Below are positions 25,171 through 38,457 of a stretch of DNA of 64,000 nucleotides, piece by piece. Each line of letters starts with the position of its first letter. The first letter of the stretch is position 1. Below the pieces are notes generated by a model. It was not told the DNA's origin and searched no databases. It saw only the letters and a list, made by a program, of their open reading frames with translations. A program made the translations under genes and the position numbers. Origin of the DNA: Paraspadella gotoi (Eukaryota; Animalia; Chaetognatha); assembly GCA_051294375.1 (NCBI GenBank), contig CM119267.1:1394883-1458882 (forward strand), given 5' to 3'.

Positions 25171-26675
25171 CTCTCTCACTCTCTCTCATCTCTCTCTCTC
25201 TCTCTCTCTCTCCATCTCTCCTCCCTATCTCTTTACTATCTCCCCCCCCTCCGCCTCTCGCGTCGAATTGAGTCTTAAATGTGATAATTAATCATTTCTC
25301 TGGTTCACGGGATCACGCTGTCACGTGAACACCTGTCAGGTGATAACTCTCTCACGTGATCTAATCACGATCCGAGTTTTTTCTCATATTTTCTCTCGTT
25401 TTTTTTTCTTTGTAATTAATAATAATTATAGTATTTATAGGAATTAATAATAATTATAATTATAATAATATAAGATAAGTAACATAAGTCTCTTAGGTTT
25501 TTTTTTTCCGATTATGAATAAGTTTATGTTTAAATACGAACTATAATTATAAAAGGATTACATCATTTTATAGTTGACGAACGAGTTCAAGTTTTATTGC
25601 TTGGGATTTCCTTTTTTTTGATTGCTTGGATGACCCTAGATTTCTCAGATGACCAACGATTGCTTCCCCGCCCTTTTGATTGACGATCCGCGTGAATTTA
25701 AAACCGAAAGACGATCACCTCACCGAGTGAACTCACCAAACTCACTTCGTCCCTTCTCCCTTTACTCACGAACTCATTCGCTCGATTGACTCACCACCGC
25801 GAATCATAGTACAGAGGAGGAGGAAGAGGAGGAGGAGGAGGAGGAGAAAGAAGTGGAGGAGGAGGCTGATGAGGAGGAAGAGAAGGAGGAGGAGGAAGAG
25901 GAGGAGGAGGAGAAGGAGGAAGAAGAGGAGGCGAGTAAAGACGATGATGACGATGATAAAACGGTAGGGATTATTCTTTTGATGTTTTTTCACCTAAATT
26001 TTTTTTCCCTTTTTTTCCTTTCCTTTTCCTTTTTAAAAGAATATGTAAGAAGCTTGGGAGTCGGTCGGTCGGTCTCAATGGCCTGTCTCGGTTAGGTTTG
26101 TTTCAATACGAATACCTAGAATCATACTAAATCGTTTTATTTTATATTTAACATACTAGTGATTGACTACGAGACTCGTCTCGCTTGTACAGTCACGTGA
26201 TCAGCGCGCGATTCGATTTAGTGAGAAGAAAGTGAACACTACACACCGTGAAAGTGAACAGTGAACAGTTAACAGTGAACGCTGTGAAAGTGAACTGGGC
26301 GCAACACCATTTTTTTATAATCGTTTCTTTTCAACATTTTTTTTCTCTCTTGAATTAATATTTTTATTCCGTCTTTCGTTTTTTAAATTAATTTCAACCT
26401 CAACGTAAATGATTTTAAATTCAAATGTTTACGAAATTAATACTAATAAAAAAAACTCGCGGATTTTTTTATCGTTTTTTACGTAAAAAATTTTCATTTT
26501 GTCGAATTTGACGAAAAAATCTCTCGAGTCATTAAAAGATACGAAAGTGAAGGCAAAGCATTTCTAGGAAATCGAGGGCGGGCTTTGTGAGACGACGACG
26601 ACGACGACGACGACAACGACGACTACGACGACGACGACAAGGATAACTTCGCCCGGTGAGTTCATTAATCATATA

Positions 26676-27005
26676 GTCTACAGATGTTATTTTCGGACCC
26701 CTGTCTATAGATGTTACGTCTGCTCCTTGTTAACAGATGTATTTCCGTACCCCTGTCTATTGATTTTACATAAGCGCCCTAGTCTAGAGATGTTATTTCC
26801 GTACGCCTGTCTATAGATGTTACATCAGTGCCCTAGTCTACAGATGTTATTTTGTACCCCAGTCTATAGATGTTATGTCAGCGCCCTTGTCTACAGATGT
26901 CATTTCGTACCCCAGTCTATATATGTTACGTGTGCGCCCTAGTCAACAGATGTCATATCGTACCCCAGTCTATAGATGTTACGTCAGTGCCCTAGTCTAC
27001 AGATG
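26676..27005 (+). repeat. ~27-bp minisatellite with alternating A/B monomers
   Basis: gtctacagatgttatttccgtacccct alternating with gtctatagatgttacgtcagtgcccta, about 12 monomers. Confidence 0.85.
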
Positions 27006-28185
27006 GAACTTTTAAAGTTCCATCTCGCTTCTCTTCTGATCGATTATTCCTTCAACTCGATTGAAAAAAAAAAGAAATTTGCGAAGGAATTAGAATTTTA
27101 TCTCGACTCAGTTTCCTCTTGGATTTTTTCGCGCCTTTTTTTTCTCACTTTCGTGAATATTTTTACGAATTTTATGTGAATATAAATTAAGGGAAATCTT
27201 AAACCATTTAATTTTATACTTTAAGTTTAACGTATTAATAAGTAAGTCCATCATCCCATACTCCATCACGTTCAACCAATTCGCTCCTTCGATCTTCATT
27301 CGATTTAAATATTTTTTTCTTCGATTTTTAATGAGATTTTATTTTTTTTATTGATCGGGATGTTTTCTTTTTTTTTCCTTTTTTCCCTTTTTTTCCAAAT
27401 TTCAATTTCTTTTCACAATCTCACTCTATCCCTNNNNNNNNNNNNNNNNNNNNNNNNNNNNNNNNNNNNNNNNNNNNNNNNNNNNNNNNNNNNNNNNNNN
27501 NNNNNNNNNNNNNNNNNNNNNNNNNNNNNNNNNNNNNNNNNNNNNNNNNNNNNNNNNNNNNNNNNNNNNNNNNNNNNNNNNNNNNNNNNNNNNNNNNNNN
27601 NNNNNNNNNNNNNNNNNNNNNNNNNNNNNNNNNNNNNNNNNNNNNNNNNNNNNNNNNNNNNNNNNNNNNNNNNNNNNNNNNNNNNNNNNNNNNNNNNNNN
27701 NNNNNNNNNNNNNNNNNNNNNNNNNNNNNNNNNNNNNNNNNNNNNNNNNNNNNNNNNNNNNNNNNNNNNNNNNNNNNNNNNNNNNNNNNNNNNNNNNNNN
27801 NNNNNNNNNNNNNNNNNNNNNNNNNNNNNNNNNNNNNNNNNNNNNNNNAAAAAAAGTAAAAAATAACCAAAACATTTGGAGAAAAAAAGAAACATAGAAG
27901 AAAAAAGTCAACAAATCTCACGGGTCGACGATTCACGCGACTCCCCTCAAAAACTATTTGAAATGTTTCTTTTTTCACAAAAAATCACGTGAAAGTCAAA
28001 AACGAGAGTCGAAGTCTTTGTTATGATTTTAAATGATTTTCTTTTTTTTTTTTTAAAACTTGAGTCACGTGACGTCAACGATGAGGATTCTCGTTGTTTT
28101 TATTCTCCTTTCTAAATAGTTTGCTCTTTTATTTGTTTATTTACGTATTTTATTGTTTACTTATTTGTTTATTTCTTTCTTTATT

Positions 28186-28273
<88 letters not shown>

Positions 28274-29071
28274 TATTTTTTATATGAAATATAAAAATTA
28301 TCCATTCATTAAATAAATAAGTTATCTTGCCCCTGTATTTTCATTTCATTTAAATAAATTCATTCATAACCATAAAACGTGATATCACCTTACAGTTGAG
28401 TCTCTCCCAAATCTACTTCACCAACTTTAAGTAAATCCAACCTTTCACTGAAGCCCCGACGATCCAATGGCTCAGAGAGAGAGAGAGAGAGAGAGAGCGG
28501 GAGGCCCACCCAGGAACTATTCAGTTTTCTCTCTTCTTTTATCGCTATCTCTGTCTCCATCTTTTCCTCTATCTCTTTTTCTCTATTATCTCTGTCTCCA
28601 TCTTTTCCTCTATCTCCATCACTCAGTTTCCGTTATCTCTCTCTCTCTCTATCTTTCTCCTTCCCTTTTTCCTTCACTTTTAATTTGCTCCATCTCTGTT
28701 TAACTTTCTTCCAAAGCTCCATCCCCATTGGTTGACCAAATTTCCATCTCCGGATTTTATTTTTGATTTTTAATTTAATCTAATTAAATTTACGTAAATC
28801 TTCATCTCAAAATCTTTGCCACGGGCCAAATCACTTGTCCCTAAATCCCTCTCGCTAAATCTCTTTCTCTTATTTCCCTAAATCAGATTCCGCCTCACAA
28901 AATCTCTTTCCATCGCTCTTTCTTTCCTCTCTCTTTCTTCATCCCATTTCCCGGCACCAAATCCCTTCTCTTCACCAAATCTCTTTTTCTTATTCCCCAA
29001 ATCTCTTTTTTCTCCTCCTTCACGAGCGAATACAAATCGTTTCAAGAGAAAGAAAATAAAACAGAAGACGA

Positions 29072-29240
29072 CTCAAAATCTCAAAAACTCAAAAACTTAA
29101 AAACTCAAAAACTCAAAAACTTAAAAACTTAAAAACTTAAAAACTTAAAAACTTAAAAACTTAAAAACACAAAAACACAAAAACACAAAAATACTAAAAT
29201 ACAAAAACTCAAAAAACTCAATATTCAAAATCTCAAAATC
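29072..29240 (+). repeat. 9-bp tandem repeat
   Basis: (aaaaactta/aaaaactca/aaaaacaca)n. Confidence 0.85.
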
Positions 29241-29481
29241 GAAAGAAAAATGTGAAAAGCGGAGAAAACTATTGGTTTTTTTTTCATGCAATTTTTTTTT
29301 TGTTTCTTTCTGTCAGACTAGGGATTTTCGTCTCAGCTTTGTGGCATTTTCTTGGAAGAACAAGATGGCATTTGCTGGTAAATGTTGTGGTGTATTTTGG
29401 CGATGTTTGCAGAATAAATCATAATTCGGGAATCTTCACTAAATTAAGAAAAAAATTTGGAACAAGTTTAGTTTCTGTTGG

Positions 29482-29620
29482 CAGATGCAAGGGAGACTGA
29501 CAGATGCAAGGGTGACTGACAGAAGCAAGGGAGACAGACAGATGCAAGGGAGACTGATAGATGCAAGGGAGACAGACAGATGCAAGGGAGACTGACAGAT
29601 GGAAGGGAGACTGACAGATG
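29482..29620 (+). repeat. 19-bp tandem repeat x7
   Basis: Unit cagatgcaagggagactga. Confidence 0.9.
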
Positions 29621-31661
29621 TTGCTCAAAATATTTTTATCAATTTATTACAAATCCTAAAAAAAAGAAGATTTGGCCAAAGTTTAATTGATTCACAAAAT
29701 ATTTTTTTGTTCAACATTATGAGGATTTCATTTTCAGTCGCTTCTTTTTCTCTCTTGTGAATTTACGATGAACATAAATTCAATTTCTAATAAATTTCAT
29801 GAAAAAATTTATTAAAAAAAAGTTTAAAAATAATAAAAGAGAATAACTGAAAATTAATTAAACGAAAGATGATCCGAAAATTCTTTGACTTTGAAGCAGG
29901 AGAGAGAGGGAGGAGAGGAGAGAGAGAGGAGAGAGAGAAGGAGAGAGAGAGAGAGGAGAGAGAGAGAGGAGAGAGAGAGAGAAGAAGAGAGAGAGAGAAA
30001 GAGAGAGATAATAGAAGATAGACATCAGCCAGACTCAACGTGTGAATTGCTTGTAATCTATTTCTTGTCAGAAATATTAAATGTACGAAGATTAGCAAGA
30101 AAATTTGTTTGTACATAGAGTAGATACTAAAAAGGGTCTCATCAGTATCAAGTGAAATAGACAAAAAAGTAATTTTTAAGGAAATATCCTTTAACAAGAA
30201 AGGTCCTTCCAATGTGTTGCGCAGCTGTGACTTTTATTTCCGAGTGATCACGTGACTATGGACGAGTTAATGACGCTGGATGGATAATTGGACATACGTA
30301 CAGACTTATTAACAGGAATTCAGTTTGAAACAAAAACAAACAAAAAAACAAAACAAAACAAACAAAAAACCTAAATCTTCTTTTTTTCCTTCGAGTGGAA
30401 AAAAAATTCGAGAAACAAAAGAAACGAATTTTTTTTCTTTTTTTTCCCTTTTTCCCTTTTTTTTTCTTCTCCAAAATTTACGCTCGAAATTTTTGCTCGT
30501 TTTTTCTTTCTTATCTTTTGCTTTTTTTCTCTTCCTTTTTATTTCCTTGTTCCATTTTCCTTCATTCCTCTCCTTTTTCCTTCTTCTTTTCTTTTATTCT
30601 TTCTTCCTTCTTTTTTTACTTCTTTATTTTTATTTTCTCTCCATTCTTACTAAGGTTTGCATTAACTTCACAAGCTACATACTTTGTTTTATTTTCATTC
30701 TCCTTTTTCTTCCATTTTCACACCCGCTACATTTTTCTTTCCTCCCTTTCTCTTTCACACTTTGCCTTTCCTCTCTTTTTTCCTTCTTTATTTTCCTCTT
30801 TCCTCCCTTCTTCCTCCCTCTTTTCCTTTTTTGCTTCTCCCGTAAAAAAAATCTTCGTTGCCACCATTTTTCAATTGCTTTTATCTCTCCTTTCCCCGAT
30901 TCCTCTTCCTCTTCCTTCTCTTCCTCCTCCTCCTCCTCTTCATAGCCATTTAGTATCGAGACTTTTGGTTTAAATCGAGAAAATTGGAAAGAAACACGAA
31001 GACGTTTTGGGAAAGGAGGAAGGGAGGAAAGGAAAAAGTGAGGGAGGAAGGAAGGAAAGGAGAAAGTGAGGGAGGAAGGGAGGAAAGGAGAAGGTGAGGG
31101 AGGAAGGGAGGAAAGGAGAAGTGAGGGAAAAAGTGGGTGAGTGAGAACGCGAACGGGAGAAGGGAGGAGAAGGGAGGAAGAGAAGGGAGGGAGGAAGGAG
31201 GAAAGGAAGAATAGTGAGGAGGAAAGAGAAGTAGGAGGAAGGAAACGTGGGGAGGAAGGGAGGAAGGAGAAAGTGAGAAAAAAAGGAGAACCTGCGGGAG
31301 GAAGAGGAGGAAATCGAGGAGAAAAGGGGAGACCGAGGGGAGGAAGGAGGTAGGGAGGAGGAGAGAAAGGAAGGAGAAAAGAGGTGCGGCGAGGAGAATG
31401 AGAGGAAAGAGAACGCTAGAGAGAAGGAGAAGGAGAAAGGAGGAGAGGAGGAAAGCGAGAAAGTGGAGGAGAAGAAGGTGAGAGGAAAGGAAAAAAAGAA
31501 AGGAAAAAAAGGTGATAATAAAAAAAATTACGGTCGAAAGAAGATTGAGGAGGAGGAGAAGAGGGAAGAAGGGTGGAAGAGGGAGGAGGAGAGGAAGATG
31601 GGAATGAATGAAGATTATGAGTTCGAGGACGAAAACGGAGATAGGCGAAAGCGTGAAAAAT

Positions 31662-31697
<36 letters not shown>

Positions 31698-32304
31698 GAG
31701 AGAGAGATGAAGGAAGAGGAGAGAGAGAGGAGGAGAGAGAAAGGAGAGAGAGAGAGATCACCTTGAGTTGAATTTCAGCATGTTATGTGAATCTTTACTA
31801 GTGAGGTTTTACGCAAATACACACCTATAAAAAATATAGATTAAATACTACAGAAGAACTTCCAAATGGAGGGTTTGCAATGTTTTCCCCAACTACATAT
31901 ATTAGTAAATTTATAATATATAACTGGCCGAGCGCCTGAGGCCGTCGTTGTTTTCCTTTCTTGACGGCGAGGGCTCCATCTTCTTTGAAAAGTTTGTCGT
32001 AGCGTGAAAGGTTCGGTCTCTTCTTATTGGGAGTCTGTGGTTTGTCGATAATAAACTCCAGTCACAACATTTAAGTTCAGTAGAAGCATAAGCTTCACGG
32101 TGTGAGAATTTAGACAGTGGATTCAATACAAAAATGGTCAGTATTTATACAGGTCAATCGGATCATCGGTTCATTTTCCCGATGGCTTGAGGCCCCTCTT
32201 CTCATTGGCCCGTTCCGATGGTGATTCATCCAATGAGCGATTCCTTGGTTGATTCCATCCGAGTCGCGGATCTGATTCCGTTTCTGGTTCTAATTCCATT
32301 TTCG

Positions 32305-32404
<100 letters not shown>

Positions 32405-32504
32405 CAACTGTATATTAGTAATTTGTTCAAGATATTTAAAACAGAGAAGTCTTAGTTGACGAAAAACTTGATTTATATTTTATAACAAACAATGTAGTCA
32501 ACTT

Positions 32505-33545
32505 TCACTGTAAATGTTCGATATAAACAAAGACACAAGAGACGAGAAAAGCGTTGACGAGCGATTCCAACCCTTGGAGGACCCAACCGTCTCGTCCGGG
32601 AGATCGACGGGACCGAGGGAAGATCTTGAGGAGTCCTTCCTCCAAAGCGGCGAGAGAATCCATCGCCGGGTGATCGCGGAGAACTTGGACGAGCGACTGG
32701 AAGGCGGTTGGTGGGGAGGGAAGGAAAAGAGGTGAGTTCGAATTGGGTAAGGCAATTGCGAAGGATGACCGCGAGGTTGTGAAAAGAATAGTACGTAAAC
32801 CTTTTTACAGGACCGGAGGCAATATTTTCTGAAAGCGCCCTATTTTTGTCATTAATTCCTGAAGTTAATTTATACTTAAATAGTTAACCGTAATCTTTAG
32901 CCTAACCCCTAACTCAATCCCAACTTTTAACCCTAGTCCGTAACCTAACCGCTATCCGTAACCCATAACCAAATAGTAAACCTGAAAATTATTAAATTCG
33001 GAATTTAAGCTGAAATGAGTATTTTTTTAAATATCTAACATCATACAACATTCATCATCATGCTACAATTATTGCTACATTTTCCGGAAAAATATTGAAT
33101 TACTATTTTACATCATCCTACATGATACTACATCAAACTACATCACAAACTCAGTTTCTCCAGCACCTCATTCGCGACGCCTTCCGACGGCGACGGCAGC
33201 CAGGACCGCAGTCTCCGCCACAGGCTCGGCGTCATCAGCAACAGCAGCAGAGCAGCTTTGAGCAGCTGGCGAAGAGGCAGCCAATCAGAAGTGAGGAAAT
33301 CGAAGGCTGCTGGTTGAAGGCAGAAGAGATAAAAGGCGATCCAGTAGGAAACCCAATGGTCCAGTTCGTCTGGGGTTCCGTCGCTGGGAGAGAAGAAATA
33401 AATATAATTAATAATTAAATAGCAATGAATTAAATTAGTAAAATGATAATTTGTTTATTAGACATAATAAATTAGAGCCAAAGAGAATAATAGACTATCT
33501 GTTACAGATTTAATGGCTTTGAGAATGAATTGCAAAGCAAGCTTG

Positions 33546-33584
<39 letters not shown>

Positions 33585-36500
33585 ATCACGAGGAAAAATC
33601 GTCTCTCATCATGTTTTCTCGTCGTGTATCTCTTCTCGTTATCATCTCTCGACTTCTCTCTCTTCTCTTTTACTCACTAAAACGCAACCAAGTAATCGGT
33701 ACTTTGAGGATAACGGAGTGAGCAGCGAGCAGGCCTAGAAACATTTTAAAGACAACTAAATTCGGGTCCTCCTTTCTCGTCCCCTCGGACGGCAACGACT
33801 CCGCCCAGCGCCGCAATTAGCGCCAGGGTGATGACTTCGCGCGGCACCATCGTCTCTTTCTCCAACATCTCGTAGGTGCTGGAGAACACGCTTCTGTAGT
33901 GCCATTGCTGGAGAAGTTCCGAGTCGAAGGCCAAGTAGGACAAGTTTTTCAACGCGGAGAAAAAAGATTCTCGCTGAAGGAACTTTTTTCCCTCGCGGAG
34001 GAATTCGTTGCAGAGGGAGAGAAGAGGCTCGAGGAAGGACGACCTGGCAATGATTAGACCATCTGGGGGTAAGGAAGGGTTAGGGTAAGGGAAAGGAGAG
34101 GGGTAAGTAATGGGTAAGGTAAGGGAAAAGAAAGGGGTAAGGAGTCGTTGGAGAATCGGCGAGAAAAAGTCATAGTTTTCCTATAGATTTAAGCAATCTA
34201 TGAAATTGGTACAACCAATTAAAAAAATATCCATTCAATTATTTCATAAGCTATCTTGCCCCTGACTTTGAACAGGCTTTGGTGGTTTAAGGCCTCCATC
34301 ACTCTTACAAGATATTGACACAGCAGGTCCTTGCAAGCTTTCAATCAAGACTCTCTCGCAGTCTCGTTTATTCACTCCCACAGTACCTGGCTTCCCTATC
34401 ATTGAAGTGGCATAATATTTCATGATGTATATTTATTATATTATTATATATTTATTATGATGAATGATGATGCATAATATTACGTAAAACCTTTATAAAA
34501 TGGACAGTTATATTTTGGCTTACCACATTCATTTGTCCGTCTGGATGATTTCATATCGTTGCAAACATCTCTGCAATGTGCTAATCGACTGACTTCGGAA
34601 TGACCTAGGTTGCAATCAACATTTTCTCTTCTCTTCTCTCGATCTTTGCTTTCGAGAATTCTCGATCGAAACCGTTCCACTCTGGATCCAACGCCTGCGA
34701 CGCCAGAAATGTCTCGGACTTGCTCCGCGTGTTCTTCGAATCCTGACCAAGCGCGTTCGAGGTCCACTTCCACGTCGACTTCCGATTCGCAGTTCGGATT
34801 TTGAGTTTGTCTCTCATCGAATACGAAATTTTGACTCAGCTCAATCATAGATTCTTTGATTCTTTGTAAAAATTCAAGAAGAGACGATGGATGACGGGCG
34901 ACGTCTACTTCAGCAGTTTGATGCGCAACGGACTTTCCATCAGAAATATCCTTGGCTCCATTGCCAACGCCAACGCCTAGATCACCAACTTCTCCTTCAA
35001 TCACTCTGGCGCCGAAACCGTCCCCGGGAACCTCGTCAATTCCTCGAGGGTCTTTTGCTTCAGATCCTTTGGCAACATCACAAGTTCCAAGAGCTTCGAC
35101 ATCAGCGTCCACTACATCACTTCCAGTTTTGTAGTCTCCGCTTCCTTTTATTTCTCCATCGGCGACGATCTTGACCAACTCCATCCTTTCCTCGTCTTTC
35201 TCCAGCTTTAATTTCTCTATCTCCAGCTCTTTTCGTTGCTTGAGCGCCTTCTCTTCTTCTACCTTTATCTCTCGCTTCTTCTCATTCGTCTTCTTCTCTT
35301 TCCTCCTTCCCTCCTCTTCCTCCTCCTCCTCCTCCTCCTCCTCCTCTCCCCTCCATAATTCCTCCTCTCCATCCATCTCATTTTCCTTCATCAACTTCGT
35401 TGGTGACTTTTCTGGCGACATCGAGCAAGAATTGTTATCGTTTTTTCGCTGAAATTAAAAAAAGAAAAAAAAAAAGACCCATCAATTAAAAATGCGTTTC
35501 CTGCATTTCTTTACACAGCATCGCAGCATCAAAGTTTCCGCAGCATAACAGTATCACCTTTCCCTCATTTCCATCTTTTCCAGGATTTTATCCTTCTCTG
35601 CCTCAAGGATCGCAATCTCTCTTTCGCCGGAGAATCGGCGATCGATAAGAGAGTCGTCATCGAGGTCGCTGTCGTTCGTCGTCGTCGTCGTCGTCCTCGC
35701 CGTCGTCGTCGGCGTCGTCGTCTTTGTTGCTACAGATGGATCTAGAGAAAACTCAACCATCCCTCCACGTTGTAACTCTGAGTCTATGTCGACATCATTG
35801 TCCACTTCGTCGAAACTGTAGAACGAAATATGTCAGACGCCTAAATCTCATTTGCATATTGCAGCAATACACATGTAGGGTTCCGATAACCGTTAATTTT
35901 TTAGGAAATTCGCTTAAACCGTTAAAACTAACATTTTTAACGGTTAACCGTTAAGATCGGTTAATTTATATAATTCAACTTTAAATTTAAAATATTAAGA
36001 TTTTAAAACAAAAATAAAGTATTTAATGGTATTTCTCTTTAACTCTGGCTCTTGAATGCGCTGATAAAGACTTGAAAACAGAGTCGAAACATGTCTATTC
36101 TTTATGTCAAATAAAATTGTTGTTGTAACAAAACAAATATTTTTGCTAATCTCATAACACAACGAAACGAAAGGATACCATCAAATCTAATTCTATATTT
36201 TGTTTTCTCTTTCTCTCTTTTGCTTTCTCTTTTTCTTTCTCTACTTCTTCTATTCCCCATTATTTTTTTAGTTGTTTAGTTTCTTAAACGCTTGTTTTCT
36301 GTGTTAATCTTTCATAAACTATGACAATGGTCATTTGACCATAAATATAAATATGAATTTTAATTTATTCATAGACTGGTGATTTATCGATTGATCAAAA
36401 TATTTATTGATTAATAAATATATTTTTAGTTTAGTTAAAAAGTATATCATCATTATTCTTTTTTATATGTCTTTTTTAAGATTCGTCCCTTCATTATTAA

Positions 36501-37408
36501 TTTATAAATTTTTTAAAATAATTTTTTTTATTTTGTTTTTTTCATTTTTTTCATTCATTCGGTTTTATTTTCATTTGCTTCTTTGTTATTTTAAAGAGGG
36601 AAAGAAAAAAAGAGAGAAAAAGTAAAATAAGAGGGATTATTTATTTTTTAGCTAATTGAATACATATTATTGCATGAAAGGGCAAAAAAAAGGAAAAAGG
36701 TAAAAGCAAAGGGCGAAAAAAGGAGAAAAAAAGAAAGGGGGAAAGAAAAAGGGGAAAAGTGAGAATGAAAAGAAAGGAACAGGAAGGAGATAAATAAAGG
36801 GGAAGAAAGAATAAGAGAGAGATGAGGATAGAAAAAAAAGAAGTAAATAACAAAGGAAAAACAAGTTTGAGCAAACAATGTCGGATCTGCCTACGATAAT
36901 TAATTAATTAATTGATTAATTAATTAAATTAATTAATAAAATTAATTAATTAACTAGATTAATTAATTATTTAACTTAATAGATTAATTATTATTTATAT
37001 TCAGCTTGTTCATCATCGATGTCTTAAAATTGAGTAGGACAGTTATAAGATTTTTGTTACATTTTATTAAAACAAAACAAATATCCTCTATTATCGGCCA
37101 GGCGGGCAAGCCCGTCCTGTCTATATTTTTTTCGTTTAGCTTTCGGTCTCGCTTTTTTGCAATCATGGCTTCTGAAAGTGTGGATATCATAGGGAGTTGA
37201 ATTTCATATTATGGCTTTCTAATCATCAAGATCTTTTAAAATTCTCATGTTTTCATATCAATTATTGGGTATTTGTTTTATGTTTTATTTACAAAACAAA
37301 AACAGTTTTAATTATATGTCGCTCTCTCTCTCTCTCTTTTTCTCCGTCAACTGCTTCTTCTAAAAACGAGTTCCGGCTCTGCAGCGTCTGTCCAGCTTCT
37401 TCTCTCTC

Positions 37409-37439
<31 letters not shown>

Positions 37440-37916
37440 TTTTTTTTTTACAAAAAATTTTTATAGTATTAATGTGGTTTCACTAATGTAAAAAAACGAT
37501 GCGCGAACATGGGCGCGAACCCGGGTCCTTTGGGTAGAGAATAGCTCACGCTACGTGCGGCGCCTAAGTACTTGCTGATTTTTTAACGAGTAAGGGGCTG
37601 TAGAGCTTCTCTCTCTCTCTCTCTTTTTTAATTATATTATATATTGCTCTTTCTCTTTCTCTTTTTCTCTGCAGCGGCTGTTCTCTCTCTCTCTCTCTTT
37701 TTCGTCTCTCTCTCTCTGTCTCTCTGTCTCTCTGTGTGTGTCTGTACGTCCTATCTTTGTCCGATTCTTTTGCGTTGATCGTTTGTTTTTTGAAAAATTT
37801 TGATTATTTTTTTTCCTTCTAAAAACTTTTATTATTGCCATTTATTCCGCGCTTTTTTCAATACAAAAATCCCATATTTTCATCCGAGATTTTCGTGATG
37901 TTTATTTTCTCTTCTT

Positions 37917-37948
<32 letters not shown>

Positions 37949-37965
37949 CTTTCTTCTCTCTCTCT

Positions 37966-38015
<50 letters not shown>

Positions 38016-38388
38016 GTCTTCTTTCCTCATACACGCATTGTTTGTTTTATTGACTATCATCGCATCAAATGAATGACAATCATCGCATCAATGAATGACA
38101 ATCATCGCATCACTGAATGACTATCATCACAGCAGTGAATGACTATCATCAATCATATAATGATTATCATCTAATTCAATTAATCAATTCCTATTACATC
38201 AATAAATTACTATTACATAATCAAATAGTATTAACCTCAATCAATTATAGTCAACATCAACAATTCGTTATCGCATGATTCATTCGTTTTCCCGGTTTTT
38301 TTCATTAATTTTCTATGATAGTGGGCTCTGGCTCGATCTTGAGTCTTTTAGATTTTTTTTTATGTCTCCTTTCTCTCTCTCTTCTCTC

Positions 38389-38457
<69 letters not shown>

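Larger units (their letters stand above)
25320..30257. promoter_or_regulatory. Cluster of six TCACGTGA (CLEAR/E-box) palindromes
   Basis: TCACGTGA at 25321, 25352, 26193, 27985, 28065 (full GTCACGTGAC) and 30248; I saw no other exact copies in the window by eye. Confidence 0.4.

Noticed and set aside
31911-32300. Short minus-strand ORFs downstream of the REEP-like stop
   Set aside because: No recognisable domain or good acceptor; likely 3' UTR or intergenic, though an alternative last exon cannot be excluded
33500-33541. Micro-exon LALQFILKAIKS resembling REEP SIKAIES
   Set aside because: The acceptor is preceded by purines and its phase does not fit the next exon; a 1-nt correction near 33748 gives a better-spaced alignment
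37505-37570. Minus-strand tRNA-like sequence (gacccgggttcgcgcc)
   Set aside because: Only a degenerate B box and no cloverleaf; at most a SINE relic
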